From: Fidelibacterota bacterium
GTDB lineage: Bacteria > Fidelibacterota > UBA2242
Direction: 5' to 3'
Length of the DNA: 64,000 nucleotides
Assembly (NCBI GenBank): GCA_016783665.1
Contig: JADHWC010000004.1
Location: 1,934-65,933 of the forward strand
Every line of letters starts with the position of its first letter. Position 1 is the first letter of the stretch. The translations under genes and the position numbers were made by a program. Below are positions 40,486 through 48,781 of the stretch, piece by piece. The notes beneath the pieces were generated by a model. It did not search any database and was not told the origin of the DNA. It worked only from the letters and a program-made list of their open reading frames with translations.

Positions 40486-40564
40486 TTATTTGTTACGAGT
40501 GTAAATACGGAGGACCGGTGCATTAACGGGTAAATAAACCGTAAAAGCCATTTAAGGAATTCAC

Positions 40565-40652
40565 TTGATTCCTAAAAAAACCCTCGAAGTAAATCTGAAA
40601 TTAAAATATCCTCTGGTACTAAAAGCCGGTCTGGTTTTTACCTTATTAGACG
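40565..40652 (+). pseudogene. Truncated 5' fragment of a second tonB paralogue
   Basis: MIPKKTLEVNLKLKYPLVLKAGLVFTLL versus MILRQNPEVSLKLKYPLVLRVSLVFTLI of tonB. Both are preceded by ttaaggaat. Similarity stops near 40652. Confidence 0.75.
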
Positions 40653-40799
40653 AAAAATGCGAATTAAAGAAAAAAAGTTATCCAGATTCTTTATATCTCC
40701 CTTTTGGGTATGTTATACAGTTAGGCTATCATGTATTTAGTACTTTTTCTTTGCAATTAAATGAATAGATTGTAATCTTTGGTATGATATGAAGAAACT

Positions 40800-40818
40800 A
40801 TATAATTACTTGTTGGAC
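40800..40818 (+). other. attI-like or first recombination core site of a cassette pair
   Basis: ATATAAT-TACTT-GTTGGAC has the L-box / 5 bp / GTT layout of attI. TGgTATGAT extended -10 at 40780-40788 upstream. Confidence 0.45.
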
Positions 40819-41608
40819 ACAAAGGGGGAAAACAAATGAAGCTATCATCAGAATTTGCAGTAGTCATAGTAGTGAGTGCCCTCGTGTCGGGTTGCGGGGA
40901 TTCTCCCGCACCGCAGCCGACAAGATTGGGCAGGCCAAAAGCTCCATCCACAGCGGAAGCGCAATCTGACACTGTTTCTCTGCAGACCAAGTCTGACGTT
41001 CTGCCTGGCATCCAAGCATTCTTGGCAAAACATAAGGAGTTTGGATTGCCAAGCAGAACGCAATCTGTGCCCAACTGGGCACAGGGGAAGAGACAACGTG
41101 TTCAGTTTAAGACTGGTCGCAACCTTCTGTTCTATTTGAAGAATGGAAAGGTTGTAACCGTGTATGAAGATACAAAAACTGGAAGTCGCAAGAAAGTTTG
41201 GGGATCACAAGGTGGCAGTGCAGAATATGCCAAAGACATATCAAGACCTGCTACAGGTGCAATACCAAACTACACTATAATCAGTGCCATCAACCTGCTT
41301 GCCGGTGGCAAGCATGCTGATGTTTTGATCCCCAGCCTTTCCAGCACTACTCCGCGTGAAATGCGAAGTAAGGTTGCTTTTGCAATACTGAAAAAAGAAG
41401 GATTGAAGTCCCTTGGAATGTATTCTACACAAGAGGCCTACAAGGCAGACTATTCCTCCTCGTATGCAAAGCAACATCCCAGCGCGAGCAAAGGACGGCT
41501 TGGGTCAATTTCAATGGAAGGACAGTTTAACGACTGAAAGAGTGTCCAACAACCGCTTCACAGTTTTCTCATTCCGCGCGCGGAATGAGAAAACTGTGAA
41601 GCGAAGCG
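40813..41608 (+). mobile_element. Integron-type gene cassette 1
   Basis: 5' core GTTGGACAC (40812-40820) is the exact reverse complement of GTGTCCAAC (41542-41550), which opens the attC just after the stop codon. Confidence 0.85.
40836..41537 (+). CDS. Hypothetical lipoprotein (cassette 1)
   Basis: 233 aa, lipobox LVSG-C, no recognised domain. Confidence 0.75.
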   Translation: MKLSSEFAVVIVVSALVSGCGDSPAPQPTRLGRPKAPSTAEAQSDTVSLQTKSDVLPGIQAFLAKHKEFGLPSRTQSVPNWAQGKRQRVQFKTGRNLLFYLKNGKVVTVYEDTKTGSRKKVWGSQGGSAEYAKDISRPATGAIPNYTIISAINLLAGGKHADVLIPSLSSTTPREMRSKVAFAILKKEGLKSLGMYSTQEAYKADYSSSYAKQHPSASKGRLGSISMEGQFND

Positions 41609-41614
41609 TTATAC
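41544..41614 (+). other. attC site 1 (71 bp)
   Basis: R'' GTCCAAC ... R' GTTATAC enclosing a perfect 50-bp palindrome (41554-41603). Confidence 0.85.
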
Positions 41615-42403
41615 GCTCAACAATAAAAGGGACATAAAATGAGAAAGTTATTTAAGAAAGCAAGACCATTTAAGTCTGTGCTATCATTGAAAGTTGATTT
41701 TTCTTCTGATATGCAAAAGAACTATGGAGAACTTGAATCTGGTCAATCATATCATTTGGGAAGGCGTGAACAAATGATTACATATGACGAGATTAAAGAT
41801 TTTCAATAGAAATGGTCGAAATAGATTTAAAGAAAAATTTAGAAAAAATAACTGACTATCAAATTCCAAGTATAAATGTTGTTAATGAGTATTCTGGAAG
41901 TATTGAACTTGTTCTTACGATTGTATTCGGAACATTCAGCGTTTTAAGTGGCGTTAAAGGATTATATGACAGTATAACGCTCATTAAAAATCAAAGCAGA
42001 AAATTTATTGCCCGGAAATTAAGGAGCAAATATGGAGTAGATTTTAATGTTGATACAAATGTTGAGTATCCAACTATTGAGAGATTTTATCCAGAAGATT
42101 TATTTTTTCATTTTGGTAAACGAGGCATCCTACCATTTCCAATAGCCACAAGTGAAAATCATCGGTCAAGAAGAGATGGCTTTTTTTATTATCTACTCAT
42201 ATCAAATATTGTTTTGTTAATAATACTTGGTTTTATGGTTTATAAAGCAGTCATTCAACAATTTGGATGGTAAATTATTATTTAATAGCGTATAACAAAG
42301 CCAATCAAGCCGACCGCTTCGCTGGATTTGGCTAATGCGCAGTTTTGGCGGTTACATTGTTCGTTAAATCCGCCAAAAATACGGCGGGCTGATGCATTAG
42401 CTG
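41609..42403 (+). mobile_element. Integron-type gene cassette 2
   Basis: 5' core GTTATACGC (41608-41616) is the exact reverse complement of GCGTATAAC (42288-42296), which opens attC 2. Confidence 0.8.
41639..42273 (+). pseudogene. Hypothetical protein with C-terminal TM helix, probably frameshifted (or two small ORFs 41639-41809 and 41812-42273)
   Basis: 56-aa ORF MRKLFKK...IKDFQ-stop followed by a 153-aa ORF MVEIDL. Adding one A at ttttcaatagaaatg fuses them (FQIEMVEID). Confidence 0.55.
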
Positions 42404-42409
42404 GTAAAC
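42290..42409 (+). other. attC site 2 (about 120 bp), distal core degenerate
   Basis: GTATAAC-aaagc-caatcaagccgaccg ... ttttggcgg...ccgccaaaa ... cggcgggctgatg-cattagct-GGTAAAC. Confidence 0.7.
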
Positions 42410-42449
42410 AAACTTCAAAAGTAATTATGTTCTGCAATTAGAATTATTT

Positions 42450-42475
42450 AAAAGGGGCGGTAAGCGCTCCTTTTT
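42450..42475. terminator. Bidirectional intrinsic terminator between the convergent blocks
   Basis: aaaaggggcg-gtaag-cgctcctttttt hairpin flanked by A and T runs. Confidence 0.7.
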
Positions 42476-42505
42476 GATATATAAGAAATACGGCGATGTA
42501 TTTTA

Positions 42506-43405
42506 CTATCCCGGATAATAAGATAAGGTAATAAGATGGGGATGGTTAAAACCTTCCGGCATGAATATAAACGCATAGTCGACACCGAGCCGGTTAATAC
42601 GGATACCAAAACCAAGCGCTCCCCGGTTTACTGATCCGATATGTTCGAAGCCGCCCCGCAATGTAAGCAAATCACGGTAACATATTTCGGCGCCAATCTG
42701 GGCTTTTGCATCACCGGTGATTAAATTGGAACCAAAATTCAATCCGATTGAGCTGTTGAAGGAATCGCCTACAAAAAGTTCCGGTCGTACAATGCCGATA
42801 GTAAGTGTCACAGGCAGACGATTGTTATCGTTAGCTACATCCAGAAACCCCATATTTTGTAGAGAGAATGTCACATCCAACATACTTGGTGCATTCCAGC
42901 GCCCTGCCAGATCAAAAGCGACGCCCTTACCGGTATGTGTATAAAGATGTTCATACAAATATTTTACCGTGCCGCCGATGTCAATTATTTTTATAGGTGA
43001 CCAACAATATCCCGCTGCTATAGCCATGTATTGAGGCTCTATATTTGCCGCTGGTTCATCGGTGGGATAGTCGCGAACCTCGACTCCCGGAATGCGCACA
43101 TAATTCAAGCCGAATCCCAGTGAAGAGTTTTTGAGTGGAATTGATAAAGCCATTGCATCAATGCTGACGTCAGCAACCCAGAAGTGGTGAGACAGGGCAA
43201 GAGCGGTTTGTTCCGAACGAATACCAACCGGGTTTTCAAATATTGCCAACGGAGATTGACCGGCTTGAGAAAATACTGTCATAGTTGCTGCCGATTGGGC
43301 GGAGGATGGTATTTTTAAAAATGCCATACCGGTATTCTGAATTTCGGCGTTTGCCGTGCTGAGTATAAGCAGAATTCCTGAGATGGCGACGTTTATTTTA
43401 TTCAT
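42506..43405 (-). CDS. porV: PorV/PorQ-family outer-membrane beta-barrel
   Basis: Signal peptide, GMAFLKIPSSAQSAA, AIFENPVG, alternating beta-strand pattern, GFNHPHLITLSY. Confidence 0.75.
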   Translation of the reverse strand: MNKINVAISGILLILSTANAEIQNTGMAFLKIPSSAQSAATMTVFSQAGQSPLAIFENPVGIRSEQTALALSHHFWVADVSIDAMALSIPLKNSSLGFGLNYVRIPGVEVRDYPTDEPAANIEPQYMAIAAGYCWSPIKIIDIGGTVKYLYEHLYTHTGKGVAFDLAGRWNAPSMLDVTFSLQNMGFLDVANDNNRLPVTLTIGIVRPELFVGDSFNSSIGLNFGSNLITGDAKAQIGAEICYRDLLTLRGGFEHIGSVNRGALGFGIRINRLGVDYAFIFMPEGFNHPHLITLSYYPG

Positions 43406-43414
43406 TTTATTTAC

Positions 43415-44341
43415 CTAAAATTTGAATTCCCAGGAAAATACATGGGTGCTGCCTTCACCGGCTAAACCGATAAGGGCGCTGTAGTCAATGTGAGTGTTAA
43501 TGTTTTTTATGAAACCATACGCCAGTCCGGCCCCGAATGTCGGGTGAATATTATCCATTCCCATACGAATGTAAAGGATGTCGCTGACCAGGTATTCTCC
43601 GCCAAAGTGTACGCGGTTATCATTTTTGTCGGAAATTTCCACATCCCCGCTAAAAGTAAACGCATTGTTTTGTTTGTATGCTAGACCGATTTTCAAGATT
43701 TGAGGAAACACGTCGGTGTAATTTCCACCTTTTTCGCTAAATAATTCTTGAGTATTCCAGTTATAACTGGCGCCGATATCTTTTAGTTGAACGCCAACAA
43801 TAACCCGATCAAATGGTTTTATCATAACACCGATGTCAAACCCCAGCCCACTGCCGGTTATTCCCAACATGTTGTGACTGAGTATTTTAAAGTTCAGTCC
43901 CACCGAAAAACGACGGTGAAAGGCATTGGAAAATGAAAGTATAATCGCGTTTTCCCCGGTTTCGTAAACTTCGTCGGGCTCACCGGAAAAATTGCGGCCC
44001 TGGATGTCGCTGACGCCGGCATGCATCCATGCTATTGAAATTCCGGCGCTGGGTTTTAGCGGCAGGGCGATCCCGACATAATGCAGCTGACGATCAAGGC
44101 TTAGAAAATAATAGGTAAGTGATAAATGACGCTCGGACAGGTATGATAATCCGGCGGGATTGTAATATGCCGCAAATCCGTTTTCGCTGTCGGCAACACC
44201 GGAGTTGCCCATTCCCAGCGCTCGCGCGCCAAGCCCCATACGTAAATACGAGCCCCCATATCCGGCATTGTCACCGGTAGAGGCTAATGCCAATGAAAGG
44301 AATGTAATCAGAATCAATATTATAAATTTTAATGTTTTCAT
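43415..44341 (-). CDS. porV: PorV/PorQ-family outer-membrane beta-barrel
   Basis: GSYLRMGLGARALGMGNSGVA, AAYYNPAGL, GLGFDIG, C-terminal HVFSWEFKF. Confidence 0.82.
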   Translation of the reverse strand: MKTLKFIILILITFLSLALASTGDNAGYGGSYLRMGLGARALGMGNSGVADSENGFAAYYNPAGLSYLSERHLSLTYYFLSLDRQLHYVGIALPLKPSAGISIAWMHAGVSDIQGRNFSGEPDEVYETGENAIILSFSNAFHRRFSVGLNFKILSHNMLGITGSGLGFDIGVMIKPFDRVIVGVQLKDIGASYNWNTQELFSEKGGNYTDVFPQILKIGLAYKQNNAFTFSGDVEISDKNDNRVHFGGEYLVSDILYIRMGMDNIHPTFGAGLAYGFIKNINTHIDYSALIGLAGEGSTHVFSWEFKF

Positions 44342-44347
44342 AGATTA

Positions 44348-45946
44348 TTATTTGACAATAATCAGTTTTGTCCAGTAAGATTTCTCTTTATCATCGTCTT
44401 TTTTGGTCAATTTACAAAAGTAGGTGCCGTTTGCCACCAGGTCTCCGGCTCTGTTCCGTCCATTCCACGTGATGCTGTTGTCGCCGATATGGATGATATG
44501 ATAATGTTCGCTCTCATACACAAGATCCATAGCAAAATCATATATTTCAAGAGACACGGTTGCCGAATTTTCCAGGTAATATTGTACTCTGACATGACCA
44601 TCGCCATTAAGAACATTATGAATGGATGGAGCAAATGGATTTGGATAAGCGTAAATTGCCGGTTGACTTGGTAAAGATGTGGACAGAAACTTACGATAAA
44701 TTTTCCATTGGATTGTATCGACTGCTGTTTTTGCGATACCGTCGGATGTTCCAAGCCACAAATATGTTGTATCTTCATCTTCAAGAGAATCAACGCCGGC
44801 AGCGTAAACATCGTGTGAAAATATGTAGCTGTTGCTTTTCTCGTCAACCATCGGCTTGTATAGCGCCCAGTTGTCCCCGTCAATAGATTTGAAAAGCCCC
44901 TGTTCTGTACAGGCGTAAACGATTGAATCTTTAAATGCAAAATTATAGATACGTTCGCCAACCAATGTGCGGGACCAGGTTAAACCGCCATCAGTGGTTT
45001 TACAGGCTGCCCGTGTTTCTCCGGCGCCTTCGGCGGTCAGGGCGGCTACCCAGATGGTTTCATCACCCCGCCAGAGTTGTCTGCCCAGCGCAATTATGAA
45101 ATTTCCGGCAAGATTTGAATTCTGAGCATTATAATGTCGCCAGCGGATACAGTCATCAGATTCGACTAATCCCAGGTTTACACCGTTAGCGGTGCCGGCC
45201 CAGACAGTGTCGCCATAGGCAAGCACACCGAAACCTTTATGGTTATGATTTCCCTCCGGCGGATCACGGGGGTTGATCTCGTAGTCTATTTCTTCGCCGC
45301 AAATGAACATGTCATTATCATCACCGGGAAGGGGAAGGCGTTCCCAGGTGGCGCCATAATTCCGGCTGCGGCGTAATCCGCCGGCCCAGCTGGTGATATA
45401 TATAAAAATGGAATCGTCGTCAATTCTACAGAGAGAAATATCCCATGTCGTGTTGTTTACCGGAGTAACGACCGGAAGAAATTCAATAGTATCGCCGCCC
45501 CAGACTTCGTAATCATCATCTGATTCGTCGATTGGCTGCGGAACAAATGTCCATGTTTCTCCGTAATCTTTGGAATATGCCAACCCGCCGCCGGTTTGTT
45601 GTGAACCTAAAACTGTGGTGGAATCAAAAACGCCGGCTACCCATATTATCGAATCAAGTGTGGCAAGCGCGGAAATTCCACCCCGGGGCATATTAGAGTC
45701 GCCAACATAGTAACTGGAGAACGATTTACCGAAATCAGTTGTTTTGCTGAGACCGCCACCTGTCGCGAACCATGTAATGGTTGTATCTTCCTGCATGGCG
45801 ATCTGGGTCACACCGTTGCTGGCAAGTCCCTCATAGACATTTTCCGGGTCATCAATCGTAGGTTTGGATAACCGAAAAGCTTGTCCATAGCTAACCGAAA
45901 CAAGCAGCATAATAATAGATATAAGTATTATCCGTCGTTTGTTCAT
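44348..45946 (-). CDS. Secreted Asp-box (BNR) beta-propeller protein with FlgD-like/T9SS-type C-terminal domain
   Basis: Repeats SKDYGETW, SRNYGATW, TTDGGLTW, SIDGDNW. CTD IYAYPNPF...SLEIYD...ITWNGRNRAGDLVANGTYFCKL...KLIIVK. Confidence 0.8.
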   Translation of the reverse strand: MNKRRIILISIIMLLVSVSYGQAFRLSKPTIDDPENVYEGLASNGVTQIAMQEDTTITWFATGGGLSKTTDFGKSFSSYYVGDSNMPRGGISALATLDSIIWVAGVFDSTTVLGSQQTGGGLAYSKDYGETWTFVPQPIDESDDDYEVWGGDTIEFLPVVTPVNNTTWDISLCRIDDDSIFIYITSWAGGLRRSRNYGATWERLPLPGDDNDMFICGEEIDYEINPRDPPEGNHNHKGFGVLAYGDTVWAGTANGVNLGLVESDDCIRWRHYNAQNSNLAGNFIIALGRQLWRGDETIWVAALTAEGAGETRAACKTTDGGLTWSRTLVGERIYNFAFKDSIVYACTEQGLFKSIDGDNWALYKPMVDEKSNSYIFSHDVYAAGVDSLEDEDTTYLWLGTSDGIAKTAVDTIQWKIYRKFLSTSLPSQPAIYAYPNPFAPSIHNVLNGDGHVRVQYYLENSATVSLEIYDFAMDLVYESEHYHIIHIGDNSITWNGRNRAGDLVANGTYFCKLTKKDDDKEKSYWTKLIIVK

Positions 45947-47016
45947 GGTATTATCGTAAATTCATTATCGCTGACATCAAAGCGGTTAGGATTATCGGGG
46001 TCGGATATTCTTACTTTACAGTGACTGGAAGAAGCATAGGGTACCGACCAGTCGTAATAACCGGTGGAGGCGGTAACAGTTGCAATATTTTGATAACTGG
46101 GTGTTGTTGCATTGTTGTTAGTCGTATATTCCAGTTTAACATTACTAATATAGGCGCTTTTCCATTCGATCCGGTAAGTGTGAGTTGTATATAATGTATC
46201 GGAATAATTAGGTGAAAGCAGAGTAATACCGGGGTTTGTTATATTTGCTTTTAATGTATCGCTGGTAGCGCCGTGAATGTCTTTTGCAACGAAGTAAAAG
46301 ATGTATAATCCCTGTAATTTACTATTGGGATTTGATGGTTGATAAACAGTATACACTCCGTCGTTTGCGTATTGATCGCCGTAATCACCGGCTGGCCCTG
46401 TATCGCTCAGATAGAAAGAAGGGTCTGATATAAATTCACCGTCCGGTCGTAAAACGGAATATGTTGCTGAAGCGATGTCTTGAGAACCTTGCTGGTCTGT
46501 AATCCTCAATTTAAAAATCAGTGTATCTCCTTTTTCAAAGCTGTCGGACACAGACAATGGAAATATTTCCGGCGGGCTGTTCGGAGCGACCCGCTCCGAT
46601 TCGGTTTCGATATCGCTGGAATTTCCGTCACAGTCAAAAGCTTGAACGGTGATCCGGTAATAGCCATCATTATCCGCAAGTGTTGTGGAATCGACGAGAT
46701 ATGAGAACACGTCATCCCGGTTGATAATATCCAGAGGCGGACCAACGTCTACCAATTGTCCGGTAAGAAACAGGGGCTCCTCCACCGAATTAACTGAATC
46801 TTTGCGATATAGATAAAACACCACCGAATCAATTGTTTCCCATCCTTGGGGATCGGTGACTTCGGATGAAATAAACAATGATTTGTTCAATTGGGAATAA
46901 TGTAATGTTACATTTTCGATGACCGGATTGGAAGACGGCGCCGTCTTCTGCCCATTGTTGATACAGGACACCATTATCATAAACAGGATCGATAATATAT
47001 ACAAAAATTTTTTCAT
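45943..47016 (-). CDS. Lipoprotein with acidic Ig-like (choice-of-anchor X like) domains and Ser/Thr-rich C-terminal domain
   Basis: Lipobox MVSC, LSDTGPAGDYGDQYANDGVYTV, ITLLSPN...YRIEW...CKVRISD. Confidence 0.65.
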   Translation of the reverse strand: MKKFLYILSILFMIMVSCINNGQKTAPSSNPVIENVTLHYSQLNKSLFISSEVTDPQGWETIDSVVFYLYRKDSVNSVEEPLFLTGQLVDVGPPLDIINRDDVFSYLVDSTTLADNDGYYRITVQAFDCDGNSSDIETESERVAPNSPPEIFPLSVSDSFEKGDTLIFKLRITDQQGSQDIASATYSVLRPDGEFISDPSFYLSDTGPAGDYGDQYANDGVYTVYQPSNPNSKLQGLYIFYFVAKDIHGATSDTLKANITNPGITLLSPNYSDTLYTTHTYRIEWKSAYISNVKLEYTTNNNATTPSYQNIATVTASTGYYDWSVPYASSSHCKVRISDPDNPNRFDVSDNEFTIIP

Positions 47017-47017
47017 G

Positions 47018-47857
47018 TTATCTTACTGCCAGTGCTGCCCATTCGTCTTGAAACATCTCATCGTCTAAAATCAAGCCGTAATTTAGTACATTCATCTTAA
47101 ATATGTCATATTCATCTTTTAAAATGCCGCTAAAAATACAGGGAGGTATTTTGCCGCGGCTATGTATATTAGCAAGAAGAGCTAAATTAGGATTCCTTTC
47201 AATATTGCTAAGTATTAGGTCGATGTTAAAATCACTATGTCGTGTGATATCGCCAATCGTTAGGCTATAACGGTCATGAATATGATTTAGTTCCATGTGC
47301 TCTCGGAAATTGTCCTCGACAAACGGATCAATGTCCCATGCCTGTACGAATTGGGCGCCGATCTTCAACGCGGCAATTGTAAGAATACCGGTTCCGCAGC
47401 CGGCGTCCAGAACTGTCATGCCGGGTTTAAGGTGTTTTTCCATCAGGAGCAGCGCCATTTGTGTTGTTGGATGGGTTCCGGTGCCAAATGCCATTCCCGG
47501 TTTAATAGCAATTCGGACCGCTTCGGAGCCTCCATATGTTTTCCAGTAAGGATATATCGCAATATTCGGACTGAGTTGAATAGGTTGGAAATATTCCTGC
47601 CAGTTTAGATGCCAGTCCTGGTTGGTGATGATTTCCGTTTCGTGAGGCGATGGAGATCCGGGGAATAATTCTGTTATTTCCCGCATTTTTTTTGCGATTA
47701 TCTCAGATTCGGAAAGATTGAAAAATGCGTCAAAGCTTTTTTCCTGTTCGATCATACCAAGGCAGGACAAACCACTGATCAAAGCCATCAGGGATTCGTG
47801 GTCATAATCGCCTTTTTGGAAATGATATTTCAGCCATTTATCGGGCGTACGGTTCAT
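47018..47857 (-). CDS. prmA: Ribosomal protein L11 methyltransferase
   Basis: DWHLNWQEYFQP, IKPGMAFGTGTHPTT, LDAGCGTGIL. Confidence 0.92.
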   Translation of the reverse strand: MNRTPDKWLKYHFQKGDYDHESLMALISGLSCLGMIEQEKSFDAFFNLSESEIIAKKMREITELFPGSPSPHETEIITNQDWHLNWQEYFQPIQLSPNIAIYPYWKTYGGSEAVRIAIKPGMAFGTGTHPTTQMALLLMEKHLKPGMTVLDAGCGTGILTIAALKIGAQFVQAWDIDPFVEDNFREHMELNHIHDRYSLTIGDITRHSDFNIDLILSNIERNPNLALLANIHSRGKIPPCIFSGILKDEYDIFKMNVLNYGLILDDEMFQDEWAALAVR

Positions 47858-48780
47858 TGTGTACCTATGCTTGAAGTATAGATATAATCATACAATACCT
47901 GTCCGACTACGAGCAGACTACGGGGACTGCATTTGTCGGGCGTATCCATTGTCGTATGCCAGAAATTCTGATAGCGGTTCGGATATTCGAAATCGATGAG
48001 ATCGACCGAGGGAATACCGGCATGCCGGATTAACATAACGTGGTCATCATGAATATAGCCACCGAACCGATGCTGAAATTCCGTAAAGTTTCGTTTTTTT
48101 GCAATGTTCCACAATTGTTTTATCAGCCCGGGATGGCTTTGGTAGGATGTTCGCTCGATGGGAATGGTCAGCTCCTTATCGCCGATCATATCGATAATGA
48201 TTGCTTCGGTTGGTTTGGGAATTGGTAAATGTTTTGCAAAATACTCGGATCCCATACAGTAGTATTCTAGTGATCCGGAGTAACCATAATCTTCACCGTC
48301 AAACAACACCAGATAGACTGTTCTGCTCGGACGTTGCCGGGATAAATGTTCCGCCAGATGCATCAGCACGGCAATCCCGCTGGCGCCGTCGTTGGCTCCT
48401 AGAATCGGTTGTTTGCGTTTCTGAATGTCCGGATCGAGATCGGCGCGTGGGCGCGTATCCCAGTGAGCGCCGATCAATAATGGATTTCCGGCGTCGAGAT
48501 GAAATCCTGCAATAATATTGGTCAATGTGAACGTGACATTATCTTGCGGAATATCCTGTTCAAAAGTTTGTTGGATAATTGTGTCCGATAAAGGCGAGAA
48601 AAAGGCTGTGTAATAGACAATTGCTTTGGAATGTCCCGGCGATCCCGGATGACGGTAGCCAATATCGCACTGTTCTATTAGATATTGATAAGCTGTGTCT
48701 CCATCAAAGGAGTAATATTGACCTCCACAATTGAAGACCAGTAGCAACGGTATAAGAATTATTGAAAAATATTTATACAA
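47854..48780 (-). CDS. M28-family Zn metallo-enzyme lipoprotein (glutaminyl cyclase / aminopeptidase like)
   Basis: GAHWDTRP, GANDGASG, FDGEDYG, IDMIGD, DDH. TTG start at 48780 with GAGGA RBS gives MYKYFSIILIPLLLVFNC (lipobox). The track's longer start overlaps sprA. Confidence 0.85.
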   Translation of the reverse strand: MYKYFSIILIPLLLVFNCGGQYYSFDGDTAYQYLIEQCDIGYRHPGSPGHSKAIVYYTAFFSPLSDTIIQQTFEQDIPQDNVTFTLTNIIAGFHLDAGNPLLIGAHWDTRPRADLDPDIQKRKQPILGANDGASGIAVLMHLAEHLSRQRPSRTVYLVLFDGEDYGYSGSLEYYCMGSEYFAKHLPIPKPTEAIIIDMIGDKELTIPIERTSYQSHPGLIKQLWNIAKKRNFTEFQHRFGGYIHDDHVMLIRHAGIPSVDLIDFEYPNRYQNFWHTTMDTPDKCSPRSLLVVGQVLYDYIYTSSIGTQ

Positions 48781-48781
48781 T

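Noticed and set aside
40486-42450. Integron integrase or prophage remnant
   Set aside because: No ORF with tyrosine-recombinase R-H-R-H-Y motifs and no phage structural genes here or elsewhere in the window.
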